64,000 bases of DNA from an uncultured Oscillospiraceae bacterium (GTDB lineage: Bacteria; Bacillota; Clostridia; Oscillospirales; Ruminococcaceae): assembly GCA_910577365.1 (NCBI GenBank), contig CAJTMU010000005.1, forward strand, positions 8,489 to 72,488, read 5' to 3'. Positions 39,824 through 50,121 of the stretch are shown here, piece by piece. The notes under the pieces were generated by a model. The model was not told where the DNA came from. It saw only the letters and a program-made list of their open reading frames with translations, and made no database searches. Made by a program: the position numbers and the translations under genes. How positions within the stretch are numbered: position 1 is the stretch's first letter; each line of letters begins with the position of its first letter.

Positions 39824-40012
39824 AATCTGTAAAAATAGCCTATATTTCACGCAACGTCGTCGCATGAAATTTCAAAAAGTGTCAGAATTTGCTTCGCAAA
39901 TTCTGACCGGTTTCCACAATCGCGCATAGTGAGCGAAGCGAACGGAGCGTGCTTGCGGAAATCTTGAAATTTTTTAAATAATCCCCATTTGGTCAGCCTT
40001 TATATACAGATT
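39824..40012. mobile_element. MITE-like element, copy of 34945-35136
   Basis: TIRs AATCTGTAAAAA / TTTATATACAGATT; shared core GAAATTTCAAAAAGTGTCAGAATTTGCT..GCAAATTCTGACCGGTTTCC. Confidence 0.72.
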
Positions 40013-40076
40013 AAGCCCCAAGGCATAAGCCTTGGGGCTGAAATATTGAAGGAACATTATGTTCAATAAAACAAGA

Positions 40077-42260
40077 CTATTTCATGCTGTTATATACCAG
40101 CTTGATAAAATCGGCGTAAGTGTATGCCGCGGAAGGATTGAGCGTTTTTTCGCCGGTGGCACCCAAAGCGTAAGCAATGGCATAATAACCAACATATTTA
40201 TCGCTGTCCTTGACGTCGGTAAAGGGCGAACGATAGATACCCTTAAGCTCAGCCGCCTTATTTCCGCACACAGCGGAAGCGTACAGCACCATCGCGTCGC
40301 CGCGGGTAACGGTCTTGCCTGCGTAATCCTCGTCCTCCTCAATTTTTATGCCGCTTGGAAGCGTTATAGAACTTTCGCTTATCGGAGTTCCGTTTCTGTA
40401 TATCAAGTCCATAAACCTTGCGAAATCCTCCAACTTAACCGAATCACCTTCACCAAATTTTTCCGCAGAAACAATAATTCCGTTATCGTCAAGCGCCTCT
40501 GTCATTTTCAGCAGCTTTTTATCCTTTATGCCGCTTAAATCGTTTTCCGCATTGTTTGAGCCATACCACCAATCATAGACGGGCTTACCTGTAAACGCGT
40601 CGCAGTACACTGAGCTTTCGGCACTGTAAACAAGAACGGTTGCGGTCTTTTTCTCGCCCAGCCTTGCTTTATAGCAGAGCGTAAGCTCGTTATCCGCCTT
40701 AAACTTTTCGAACGCTTGCTCAGCAGTCAGCATATTTTTCGGATTTGTAAATTTTACATCGCTGTAGGAAATACTGTAATCTGTCAGCTTCATATTCGGA
40801 TCAAAGCTTAAGTTTATACTGTTGCCGCTTACAGCTATACCATTTACTTCTCTGCCAAAACTGTGCTCGCTTCCAGAATAGTGGGTTATGCCATCATAAC
40901 TGTAACTCGACAAATTGCTTGTGTAATCAGAATATTCATCTATATGCGAGGGCGCGAGATTTTTAGCTATATCCTTTGCCAGCGCATCCGCCTTGCTCAT
41001 ATCATAGCTGTCAGCCGCTTCGGAATTTGTATCATAATAGCTGTAATTCAACACCTCCCCCGTTTGCGCATCGACCGTTATTCTCATATATTCATATGTT
41101 CTTTCGGAGGACGCAGAGGATACAGAGGTCGCAGAAGGTACGGCGTAGCTCTCTTCATAACCGGTCAAAGGCATCGGTTCGTCTGCCCAGTAGTCCTCTT
41201 TCACCTCGTTGGTAAAGGAAGCGGTGAACATATAGCGATCCGTGTTTGCGTAATGCTTGCCCTTGGTAAGGTAGGAGCGTTCCATTGTCATTCCGTCAGA
41301 CCATGTGAGGTATTTATTGCTCTTGATAAGGTCAACGACGGCTTTTTCGGTGCCGTAAGGAAGCTCGACATTCAGCTCCTTAAGCTCTTCTTCAGTGAAA
41401 CTCACGCCATTTTCAGCGCCGGCAGCGGGACTTTCTTCCGCGCTATCCATGGATATGGATTCATTCTTTTCATCGCTGTAAAAGGCGTCTTCTTGGAAAT
41501 TGCTCTTATTTCCAGTGAAGGCATTAATATCGCCGTAATCCGTCTGCACATAAACAAGGCGAGATTCCCAGATCTTGCTCTCGCTGTTGTAGAATACCTC
41601 ATACTGTGGTTTAATGGCTATCATCTTTTCATAGTTGTCCCACGCCTTATCCTCGGGAATAGCCTTGCCTGCTTCCGCAAAAGCCGCATTCGGGTGCCAG
41701 CTTATATTGAATGATATAAGCTCACCGGTATTCTTGTCAAGCGTTATTGTGCCCGTGTCATTTGCAACAGGAATATTGCTGGAGGTTCTTGTAAGGCTGA
41801 ACGAAGCAGTACTGCTGTTCACCGACATTTTTACGGACTCATCAATGCTTATACTGTCTGCAACGGTGGGATTAAGCCGTTTTACCGCCTTTACCGCCGC
41901 GGCGTGCAGCTCCGATTCGGTCATTTGCGCCATCTTAGCGGAATCAGACCAGCGTTTGTAGTCCGAGCGATAGAGGGTGTAGCTTGTAATAACACTGCCG
42001 CACATGGAACAGCTTATACTGCCGCGGCTGTCGCTGTTATTCTTTGTTTCCCAGTTAAAGGAATAGATATCCGCCGACGCACGCGTGTTCACGCTGTAAG
42101 TAAACTCGCTGAACTCCTCTGGGATATCAACACGGTTCTTGACCGCCGCAAGCTTGCTCCTGACCACAGCGTTCGCCGAATCGTTTGTGTCGGCATATGC
42201 CACAATTCCAGCCGAAACGGACATGGCAGCTGCCATTGTTAATGATAATGCTTTTTTCAT
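40077..42260 (-). CDS. Secreted YcdB/PepSY-like protein with an SLH-like C-terminus
   Basis: Signal peptide ending AYA; repeated DKNTGE/NAFTGN/DAQTGE/DAFTGK motifs; VTRGDA...PFTDV. Confidence 0.7.
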   Translation of the reverse strand: MKKALSLTMAAAMSVSAGIVAYADTNDSANAVVRSKLAAVKNRVDIPEEFSEFTYSVNTRASADIYSFNWETKNNSDSRGSISCSMCGSVITSYTLYRSDYKRWSDSAKMAQMTESELHAAAVKAVKRLNPTVADSISIDESVKMSVNSSTASFSLTRTSSNIPVANDTGTITLDKNTGELISFNISWHPNAAFAEAGKAIPEDKAWDNYEKMIAIKPQYEVFYNSESKIWESRLVYVQTDYGDINAFTGNKSNFQEDAFYSDEKNESISMDSAEESPAAGAENGVSFTEEELKELNVELPYGTEKAVVDLIKSNKYLTWSDGMTMERSYLTKGKHYANTDRYMFTASFTNEVKEDYWADEPMPLTGYEESYAVPSATSVSSASSERTYEYMRITVDAQTGEVLNYSYYDTNSEAADSYDMSKADALAKDIAKNLAPSHIDEYSDYTSNLSSYSYDGITHYSGSEHSFGREVNGIAVSGNSINLSFDPNMKLTDYSISYSDVKFTNPKNMLTAEQAFEKFKADNELTLCYKARLGEKKTATVLVYSAESSVYCDAFTGKPVYDWWYGSNNAENDLSGIKDKKLLKMTEALDDNGIIVSAEKFGEGDSVKLEDFARFMDLIYRNGTPISESSITLPSGIKIEEDEDYAGKTVTRGDAMVLYASAVCGNKAAELKGIYRSPFTDVKDSDKYVGYYAIAYALGATGEKTLNPSAAYTYADFIKLVYNSMK

Positions 42261-42568
42261 AAAATCTCCTCCTTATTTAAAATTTTTCCTAATCACTCTC
42301 AAATCTGCTGAGCCGCGCTTTGAAAGCATATAACAAAAATTTTCCGACTGTGAGAATGGCTGCCGCATTTTGAAAGCAACCGTGCCAAAGCGTCATTGTA
42401 CCGCTCTAAGCATTGGACTATCACGCAGCCATTTCCCTCATAATTTACAGGTTTCACACATAATACCACATATCTTGGAAAAAGGCTGCAATAAAAATAA
42501 ACTTTTTAAAAAATTCTGAATGCTTCGCATATTTTTTTCTTTGCCAACAATCGCTAATTGAGCAAAAA

Positions 42569-42596
42569 CGCCCCCGCACATTTCCGTGCGGGGGCG
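42569..42596 (-). terminator. Rho-independent terminator
   Basis: CGCCCCCGCAC/GTGCGGGGGCG hairpin with a T-tract on the minus strand. Confidence 0.75.
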
Positions 42597-42627
42597 CTGT
42601 TATTTAAAAGTTTGATGGATACCTCGG

Positions 42628-43944
42628 TCAATCCTCATACGCGTCCTGCATTTCCTCGACAGCACTCTGCACATCGTCAAGCCGACCCCCAACATCGTCT
42701 ATCATTGCTTCTATCTGATCTGTCATAGACTCAATATTGTTTTCTATCTGGTCGGTCAGAAAATCCAGCCGGTCATTCAGTGAATCCATAACCATATTGG
42801 TTATTGCATCGGTGTTGCCTGTGCCGCATAGCTTTATCGCGGCTTCGACCTTTTCGCGGAGCTCGTTCGCGAACAATCCGTTCAGAAGTCCGCTCATCAG
42901 CCCGCCGACCATTCCCGAAACACCTCCCAGCGTTCCCGAAACTCCGTCGAGCACTCCGCTTACCTCATCCAGCTTGCCGGATATGAAATCCGGATTCGGC
43001 TGATTGGCTGCGGGATTCATGCGAAAATCGAAATCGAAGTTCTGAACATCGATATTCTTTGCGGCGTTTTGCTTATCGGTCATGCGCTTTTCGCGCTGTG
43101 CCCTTAAATTTTTCGTGCTGTACCAATTATCATTGGGCCAACCGTCGTCAAAAATGATATTATGACGCTGAGGTCTTTCACCCTCGAACTCGTCCACCGT
43201 ATCCGCGAGATCCGCGTAAGCGGATTTGTCCTTGGCGGTCAAAATCGTCATAGGCGCGTTCTGTGCCACAAAGCGCAGCTCTGTGTACTCGTTGTCCCCC
43301 GTGATAAAGGGGATTTCATAAAGCTCCCAGCCGTTGACCTTTTTCAGGGGCTTTACAAAATTCCTGTTGAGATTGTATGTGTAACGATTTTCATGGTCGT
43401 TATTGAATACTATCTCAAAGCGGCACACCTCGTTGTTGCGGTCATTCTCACCACCGTTGAGCCAAAACGTGAACGTATGGAGCGTATTTTTCGGCAGAAT
43501 AAGCGGCTTGGTCAATATCTCTGTCCAGTTCCAGTTCCAGTTGCCTATCATATACGCTTCCGCGATTATCCCGTCGGGACCCTCCATAAACGAACGGGAG
43601 CCGACGTTGTCTTTGCACGCCTTGTTGAACGCCCACTCCCTCGCGCTGAAAAAAAGTCTGTTTACAGGCTGCTCGGGAGCTTTACGCTCGGTCAGTATGG
43701 TTGTGGATGCTGTGATCATTTCCTTTGTTTCGCCGAGGTTATTATTTATATTATCCATCTTGGTTTCCTCCGTAAAATTCATTACGTCGGGCACGTTCAG
43801 ACGAATATCCCAGTCGTTCACATAACGTGCCCGACCCTTTTTGACCAGTCCCGCCGCCCGCTTTGGGTAGGTGGAACCGATCATCTCTCCGTCCGCGTCA
43901 AAAACGCAGACAGTCCGCTTTTCGGAATTGATGTTTTTTTCTAT
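42628..43944 (-). CDS. Hypothetical protein, probable ATA start, acidic coiled-coil C-terminus
   Basis: Frame extends 20 codons upstream of ATG 43884 to ATA 43944, which lies 6 nt after GGGGAGG. Confidence 0.7.
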   Translation of the reverse strand: MEKNINSEKRTVCVFDADGEMIGSTYPKRAAGLVKKGRARYVNDWDIRLNVPDVMNFTEETKMDNINNNLGETKEMITASTTILTERKAPEQPVNRLFFSAREWAFNKACKDNVGSRSFMEGPDGIIAEAYMIGNWNWNWTEILTKPLILPKNTLHTFTFWLNGGENDRNNEVCRFEIVFNNDHENRYTYNLNRNFVKPLKKVNGWELYEIPFITGDNEYTELRFVAQNAPMTILTAKDKSAYADLADTVDEFEGERPQRHNIIFDDGWPNDNWYSTKNLRAQREKRMTDKQNAAKNIDVQNFDFDFRMNPAANQPNPDFISGKLDEVSGVLDGVSGTLGGVSGMVGGLMSGLLNGLFANELREKVEAAIKLCGTGNTDAITNMVMDSLNDRLDFLTDQIENNIESMTDQIEAMIDDVGGRLDDVQSAVEEMQDAYED

Positions 43945-44575
43945 GGGTGTCCTCCCCTTTCCGCTGTTTTATAATCACCTTGGTTAAATTGATTTGACGC
44001 TGTCATATAGTTTCAGATTTGAAGTCATATGTTTTGTCCTTTAGCGTTTTCCGTTTTTTATTATGAGCGGTGCTCCTTTTTCATAATAACATATTCTGCA
44101 CAATTTGTCAAGCAATATATAAAAATTTTTTGGTTGTTTTTATCAGAAAAAAATCACATTTTTAATGGGATACTCAACCAAACTGCTTATTGAATCAACG
44201 TATTTTTGAATTGGATAAAACATTCCCTAAGTCATAAATTTGTATACTCTCTGATATAGTTTCTTATTAAGAACGTTTAAAACAGTATAATTTAATTCAG
44301 TGATGACGATTTTAAATATTAGTTTTGAAACATATAATGTAATTGTTACCTTATGAATATCTGTTTACGGCTTATGTATAACTTTTACTAATAAGTTCAA
44401 CGCTTCACTTGCGTCATGCAATAGCACTGTTATTGACAAAGCCATTCCCAACACTAACACATTTAAAAATTTTTTAGATAAGATGACCTGTTCAAGAAGA
44501 TCATTGTTATAAAAAAGCACTTGATATTTTTTCAAGAAAATGGTATACTTAATATACGAAAGAGAGGTGTTTCTA

Positions 44576-44884
44576 ATGTCTGTAATTACTATAACAAAGG
44601 ATAATTTTAAAAGCGAGGTGCTTCAGAGTGAAAAGCCCGTGCTGCTGGATTTCTGGGCGGAGTGGTGTCCGCCATGCCGCATGCAGTCACCGATAGTGGA
44701 CGAAATAGCCGAGGAGCGCCCCGATATAAAGGTTGGCAAAGTCAACACCGACGAACAGCCGGAGCTTTCCGCCGCCTTTGATGTGGAGAATATCCCCACG
44801 CTTATTGTTTTCAAGGAGGGCAAGCCCGCAAACGTTCTTGTTGGAATGCGAACCAAAGAGCAGCTTCTGGATTTGTTTCTGTAA
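44576..44884 (+). CDS. trxA: Thioredoxin
   Basis: DFWAEWCPPC, NIPTL; GAGGTG RBS. Confidence 0.9.
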   Translation: MSVITITKDNFKSEVLQSEKPVLLDFWAEWCPPCRMQSPIVDEIAEERPDIKVGKVNTDEQPELSAAFDVENIPTLIVFKEGKPANVLVGMRTKEQLLDLFL

Positions 44885-44912
44885 TTGAAACGCCCCCGAA
44901 ATTCGGGGGCGT

Positions 44913-45069
44913 AAGCTTGTAGAAAAAGTTAATGCAGCGCAATGTTGACGCAGGATTTTTTTGTGGCAGCCTGAATTCACAATACGCAGCAAAATGTTGC
45001 GCATTCAGGCGGTTTGCGGAAAATTTCAAATTTACATAAATCCGCTTAAATCAACGCTCTTTTAAGCCC
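44913..45069. mobile_element. MITE-like element between duplicated terminator hairpins
   Basis: Starts AGCTTGTAGAAAA...CGCAATGTTG.CGCA like the 34.9 kb copy; flanked by ACGCCCC-hairpins on both sides. Confidence 0.6.
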
Positions 45070-45116
45070 TACGCCCCTGAGATATCTCAGGGGCGCTTTT
45101 TATAATCTGTTACAGG

Positions 45117-47501
45117 TTATTCTTCCAAAGACGCTTTGGGGGTTTTGCGGTCCTGCCACCATATCCAAAGCGGACCCGCAAGACACAGCGAAGAGTAGAA
45201 GCCCACCAGCATACCTATCGCGAGCGGTATAGCAAAGGAGAGGATAGAAGTAACGCCCATCAGCGAGCATACCACAACAATACACAGCATTGCCGCCACC
45301 GTCGTAGCGGTCGTGATAACGGAACGCGCCAGCGTCTGGTTGATGGAGAGATTTACAAGCTCTCTGTCGGACAGCTTCTTTCCGTACTTCGCGCGGTTTT
45401 CGCGCAGACGGTCGTATATGATGATGGTGTTGTTAATGGAGTATCCAAGCAGCGTGAGGATAACCGCCATAAAGTTTGAATCCAGCGCCATTCCGCAGAA
45501 CACATACACCGCATAGGTGAGAATTACGTCGTGCAGCAGGCAGAATATCGCGATAATACCCGCGCTCCAGCCGCCTATCTTCTTAAATCTGAACGCTATA
45601 TAAACCACCAGCAGCACAAACGCCACGATTACCGCCACAAGGCAGGAAATAAAGAACTGCGAGCCTGCGGAAGCGGAAACATTGGTGTTGTCGATATTGA
45701 TTATCTCGTTTTCGGGGTAGGTTTCTATCAGCTTGTCGGAGATGGCGGTCAGCATATCATCGTCCATCTTCTCGTCCGCCGCGAAAGAAAGCACTATCGT
45801 GTTCAGCCCACCCGTGAAGCTCGTTCCCGTGGTAACGGTCGCGCGCGGAGTGCCGAGAGCCTCGACGGTGGTTTTGATGTCGTTCGTGCTTACTTCTCCG
45901 GTGTAGCTGTAAGTTATCATCGTACCGCCCTTGAAGCGTATATCCACATCAACGCCCAGCACAAAGCTGAATATCAGCGTGACCGCGAACGCGCAGGCGG
46001 AAACTATGACAAACACCTTTCTCTTAGCCACAAAATCAACGTTTGTTTTAGCCTTTACGTCAATATGCTGTACGGTATCCTTGCCCGCTTCAGCGTCCGC
46101 GGAAACCACCTCGGACTTCTTAACGCCGTACCAGCCGACCTTTCTGAACGCTTTGAATTTTGAAAGCGCGGTGGTCATCAGGCGGGTAGCCCAGCAAGCC
46201 ATGATAAAGTTCATGATAACGCCCGCGAGCAGGGTGTAGCCGAAAGAGTAGATAGTGCCCTCGGTGGAAGCTCCGAACCATGTTCCGAACACCGCCATCA
46301 GGATAAGCGCTACTATTATAACCGTAAGGTTGGAGTCGAGAATGGCGGTAAAGCCTCTTTGGAAGCCGCTCTTGACAGCACCGTCAATGGTGCGCCCCGC
46401 CTTAAGCTCTTCCTTGATGCGCTCAGCCGATATAACGTTTGCGTCAACGCCCATGCCTATCGACAGTATGATACCCGCGATACCCGGCAGGGTGAGAGAG
46501 GACGCGTCGTTGAAAGCGAAAAATCCAGTTATTGCCGCGAACATACCCGCGACCTGTCCCGTCAGCGCTATCACCGCAACAAAACCGGGCAGACGATAGT
46601 AAATTATCATAAATACCGCAATAAGAGTGAATGCGATAAGCCCCGCCAGCGCCATTGCGTCGCGGGCGCCCGAGCCGAGTATCGGCGAAATGGTGGACAG
46701 ACTGGTTATATCCAGCTTGAACGGCAGCGCGCCGCCGTTTATCTTGTCCGCCAGAGCTTTTGCGTCCTCCGCTGTCGCGAAGCTGCCCGATATCTCGCAT
46801 TTTCCGTCGCTTATCACAGCGCTTACCGAGGGAGCGGATATCTCCACATCATCCATCCAAATGGAAATACGCGACTGATTGTTGTTGTAGGCAGTCTCGG
46901 TTGCCTTTGCAAACGCTTCTCTGCCACTTTCGTTCAGCTCAAGGTCTACGGTGTAGATAAATCCGCCCGTGTCGCTTGGTCTGCGGCCTACGCCCGCTCT
47001 GCTAACGTCGCTTCCCGTTAGCACAAGCTCCAGATCCTCATAGCTGCCGTCAACGTCAATATCCCCGCTCCAGCCCATGCGGAAAGTGAGCAGCGCAGTT
47101 TCACCTATCTCTTTTACCGCCTCGGCAGGATCAAAGCTGGTATCATCGCTCTGCCACGGGAACTGCAAAATTATGCTGTTCGTGGCGGGATCGACGTACA
47201 CCTCGTAATCGTTGATATGCTTGCTTACAAGGCGCGCCTCCAATATTGACTTCGCCGCACTGAGGTCGTCCTCGGTGATGTCATGCTCCGCCGCGTAGTC
47301 CTCGGGCACTCCGAACGTGGCGTTTACGCCGCCGCGGATATCAATTCCCCATCTTATATCGTCAAGTCCCCATACATAAGACGTGATCGTATCTCCGTAG
47401 CGGGTGCTTATTCCCATAGTGGACAGCACAGTAAACGCCGCTATCAGAAAAAATACGACAAAGAATACAGGCTTTCTGATTCTGCTTTTCAAATTTTTCA
47501 C
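45117..47501 (-). CDS. secDF: Protein translocase SecDF fusion
   Basis: GIDIRGG, GALP, GMGVDANV, DIRFKGG, GYSINNTIIIYDR; start may be TTG 47492. Confidence 0.92.
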   Translation of the reverse strand: MKNLKSRIRKPVFFVVFFLIAAFTVLSTMGISTRYGDTITSYVWGLDDIRWGIDIRGGVNATFGVPEDYAAEHDITEDDLSAAKSILEARLVSKHINDYEVYVDPATNSIILQFPWQSDDTSFDPAEAVKEIGETALLTFRMGWSGDIDVDGSYEDLELVLTGSDVSRAGVGRRPSDTGGFIYTVDLELNESGREAFAKATETAYNNNQSRISIWMDDVEISAPSVSAVISDGKCEISGSFATAEDAKALADKINGGALPFKLDITSLSTISPILGSGARDAMALAGLIAFTLIAVFMIIYYRLPGFVAVIALTGQVAGMFAAITGFFAFNDASSLTLPGIAGIILSIGMGVDANVISAERIKEELKAGRTIDGAVKSGFQRGFTAILDSNLTVIIVALILMAVFGTWFGASTEGTIYSFGYTLLAGVIMNFIMACWATRLMTTALSKFKAFRKVGWYGVKKSEVVSADAEAGKDTVQHIDVKAKTNVDFVAKRKVFVIVSACAFAVTLIFSFVLGVDVDIRFKGGTMITYSYTGEVSTNDIKTTVEALGTPRATVTTGTSFTGGLNTIVLSFAADEKMDDDMLTAISDKLIETYPENEIINIDNTNVSASAGSQFFISCLVAVIVAFVLLVVYIAFRFKKIGGWSAGIIAIFCLLHDVILTYAVYVFCGMALDSNFMAVILTLLGYSINNTIIIYDRLRENRAKYGKKLSDRELVNLSINQTLARSVITTATTVAAMLCIVVVCSLMGVTSILSFAIPLAIGMLVGFYSSLCLAGPLWIWWQDRKTPKASLEE

Positions 47502-47516
47502 TCCTTATTTTGATTT

Positions 47517-47681
47517 GAATTTTCCACACCACTTCACCCGCCTCTTGCGGGTTATGTTTGCCTCGATTTAAAAGTTTCTCCCGCTTTATGGGCTGAGATT
47601 TAAAGTTTTGCGCAATATGCCACAAACTATTTTAAGCATTTGCGCGATTGTTGAGCAAAACTTCCAGCTTGCGGAAAATTC
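47517..47681. repeat. Palindromic REP-like element before secDF
   Basis: GAATTTTCCACA...TGCGGAAAATTC. Confidence 0.65.
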
Positions 47682-47692
47682 CTGCGCGGGCT

Positions 47693-48062
47693 TTATCGCG
47701 CTCTTTTTGAGCGTAGCTTTTGCTGCAAGGTCATTACGCTGTAACTATATATTCCGCATCCGAACGCGTTAAATTTACAGGCAGCGCTCTTGAAGACATA
47801 AGCGCTTCTGGTTTTAATGCTTCGTCCGCGCGAAATCCCGTCGCAAACGGCGCTCAGTCGCTTATTGATGATATCCGCGGCTGCCGCAGTATCCTTCGCA
47901 CCGCCATCGTAGCTGTAAACAGCAACAAATGGCTTGTCCCCATTTGTTTTGGAATTTTTGGACAACTCAGAAAACAGCCTGATATCCCTGCTTTGGCAGC
48001 CGGTGAAAATGACAGCCGCCATTGCCACCACAAGAATAGGGTTTGAAAAAATCCGTTTATAG
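47693..48062 (-). pseudogene. Decayed lipoprotein with SecD-P1-like fragments
   Basis: Lipobox FTGC, AADIINKRL, and in a shifted frame TGFRADEALKPEALMSSRALPVNLT. Confidence 0.45.
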
Positions 48063-48362
48063 AATTTAACCTCCCCCGCCCGCGCATACTCTGCCAATTT
48101 TAATCTACCATCTATTCATTATAATACAAAATGCACGATTAGTCAATAGAAAAAATAATTTTTAACGTGTATTTTTGGTGATATTTTTGAATTTTAAATA
48201 GAATGTGCTTTGAGCGGAGAAATCATCTCTGAAAAACAACCAAGTTCCTTATATAAATATGCTATGTCGCTTTAATAGTCCACAAATTTGAATAAAAACA
48301 AATATTTTAGAGCCTTTTCGGCAAAATTCTCCGATAAAATACCCAAAATTACGCTATACCTC

Positions 48363-48391
48363 TTGAAATATTATCCTCATTGTGGTATAAT
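48363..48391 (+). promoter_or_regulatory. Sigma-A promoter for pyrE
   Basis: TTGAAA-17-TATAAT with extended TG. Confidence 0.65.
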
Positions 48392-48524
48392 GTAAATGTA
48401 TAAGTATGGCTAAAATCAAGCGCGGCAATACTGTCACATATAAATGCGGCTAAAGCAAAGGACGGCGCAAAAATTGCACATCATAAAAAGCTGCCGAAAG
48501 CATATATCCATATCGCCCGCGCGG

Positions 48525-48631
48525 GAATTTTCCGCAAGCCGATACAAACGCGCAGACCGCGAAACGGACGGAGCGTTCGTATCGAAACTAACGCAATCCG
48601 CCACAGTCAAGCAAAGCGGTTCGGAAAATTT
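48525..48631. repeat. Palindromic REP-like element before pyrE
   Basis: AATTTTCCGCAAGCCG...CGGTTCGGAAAATT. Confidence 0.55.
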
Positions 48632-48654
48632 AAATTCGGATAAGGAGAACTTGA

Positions 48655-49311
48655 ATGACTTACAAAGAGAGCTTTATCAAATTCATGGTGGACAGCGGCG
48701 TGCTGAAATTCGGTGAGTTCACGCTGAAAAGCGGGCGTATCGCGCCATATTTCATAAACGCGGGAAACTACAAAACAGGCGCTCAGCTTGCGAAGCTGGG
48801 GGAATTTTATGCAGAATGCATAAATGAGCACGGGCTTAAACCCGACACACTGTTCGGTCCTGCCTATAAGGGAATACCGCTTTCCGTAGCGGCTTCGGTA
48901 GCTCTATATAATAAATTCGGTATAAACGCTAATTACTGCTTTGACCGCAAGGAGGTCAAGGACCATGGCGAGGGCGGTATGTTTGTTGGCAAGAATCTTG
49001 AAGACGGCGAAAAAGTGGTGATTATTGAGGACGTTATGACCTCTGGAAAGGCGCTCAGAGAGGTAATGCCAAAGCTTACGGGCGCTGCCAACGTCAAAAT
49101 AGAGGGCATGGTGATCACCGTCGATCGTGACGAAAAGGGACTTAACTCTGACAAGTCGGCGGTAAGTGAGGTGTTCGACGAGTTCGGGGTAAAGGTTTAT
49201 TCGATTGTCACAATAAACGATATCATTGACGCGCTTGAAAGCGGCGTTATCCCCGGCAAGGAGTATGTTGGAAAAATGAGGGAATACAGGCAAACCTACG
49301 GCGCAAAATGA
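48655..49311 (+). CDS. pyrE: Orotate phosphoribosyltransferase
   Basis: FTLKSGR, GPAYKGIP, RKEVKDHGEGG, IIEDVMTSG. Confidence 0.95.
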   Translation: MTYKESFIKFMVDSGVLKFGEFTLKSGRIAPYFINAGNYKTGAQLAKLGEFYAECINEHGLKPDTLFGPAYKGIPLSVAASVALYNKFGINANYCFDRKEVKDHGEGGMFVGKNLEDGEKVVIIEDVMTSGKALREVMPKLTGAANVKIEGMVITVDRDEKGLNSDKSAVSEVFDEFGVKVYSIVTINDIIDALESGVIPGKEYVGKMREYRQTYGAK

Positions 49312-49389
49312 ACACGGCAGCCTTCAGACAGCATCTAATGGGGAAACAGCCCGCGCGGCGCGGAGAATTTATAAAAACAGGAGAAAAAA

Positions 49390-50088
49390 ATGGAGATACC
49401 TTTTACGCCCAACGAGGGCAAAAGCCTTGAAATTGATACGGACTACGGCAGGTTTGCCCGTTATCCGATCAAAACCCATGTAATAACCAAAGACGATAAC
49501 CTTGAGGAAATAATGGACAAATATGTCAGAGATTATCTGACGGAGGGCGACACTATCATAATATCGGAGAAAATTGTGGCAATATCTCAGGGGAGAGCCT
49601 TTCCGATAGAAGAGATAAAGGTAAGCCGTTTGGCAAGATTTCTTTCAAGATTCGTTATCAGAACAAATTACGGAGTGGGACTTGCCGCTCCACAGTCTAT
49701 GGAGCTTTGCATACGAGATGTGGGCAGGATCAAGGTAATTTTCGCGGCAATATGCGCGGCAATAGGGAAGCTGTTCGGAAAGCGAGGAGTGTTTTATAAT
49801 ATCTGCGGCATGAAAGCGCGTGCCATTGACGGTCCGAGCAAAGACAATCTTCCGCCATACGACCACTATGCCAAAATGGCTCCCGACAAGCCCGACGAGG
49901 TGGCGGAGCACTTAAAGGACTATACGGGCGCAGAGGTGGTCGTTATTGATGCCAACGATATCGGTGTGAATGTTCTTGGAAAATCACGTGGGGTAGAGGA
50001 AAAATTTGCGGCGCAGGTGTTTAAAGATAACCCCCTTGACCAAGGTCTTCTCCAGACTCCCATAGCAATAGTAAGAAAAGCGGGCTGA
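49390..50088 (+). CDS. Coenzyme F420-0:L-glutamate ligase (CofE)-like protein
   Basis: IISEKIVAISQGR, AIDG, IDAND, QTPIAIVR. Confidence 0.75.
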   Translation: MEIPFTPNEGKSLEIDTDYGRFARYPIKTHVITKDDNLEEIMDKYVRDYLTEGDTIIISEKIVAISQGRAFPIEEIKVSRLARFLSRFVIRTNYGVGLAAPQSMELCIRDVGRIKVIFAAICAAIGKLFGKRGVFYNICGMKARAIDGPSKDNLPPYDHYAKMAPDKPDEVAEHLKDYTGAEVVVIDANDIGVNVLGKSRGVEEKFAAQVFKDNPLDQGLLQTPIAIVRKAG

Positions 50089-50121
50089 ACCGCTTTGATA
50101 TAAAATTAAGGAGGTGTTTTT

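Noticed and set aside
48400..48650. PyrR attenuator before pyrE
   Set aside because: No PyrR-binding consensus (AGUCCAGAGAGGCU-like) or terminator with a U-tract is seen.
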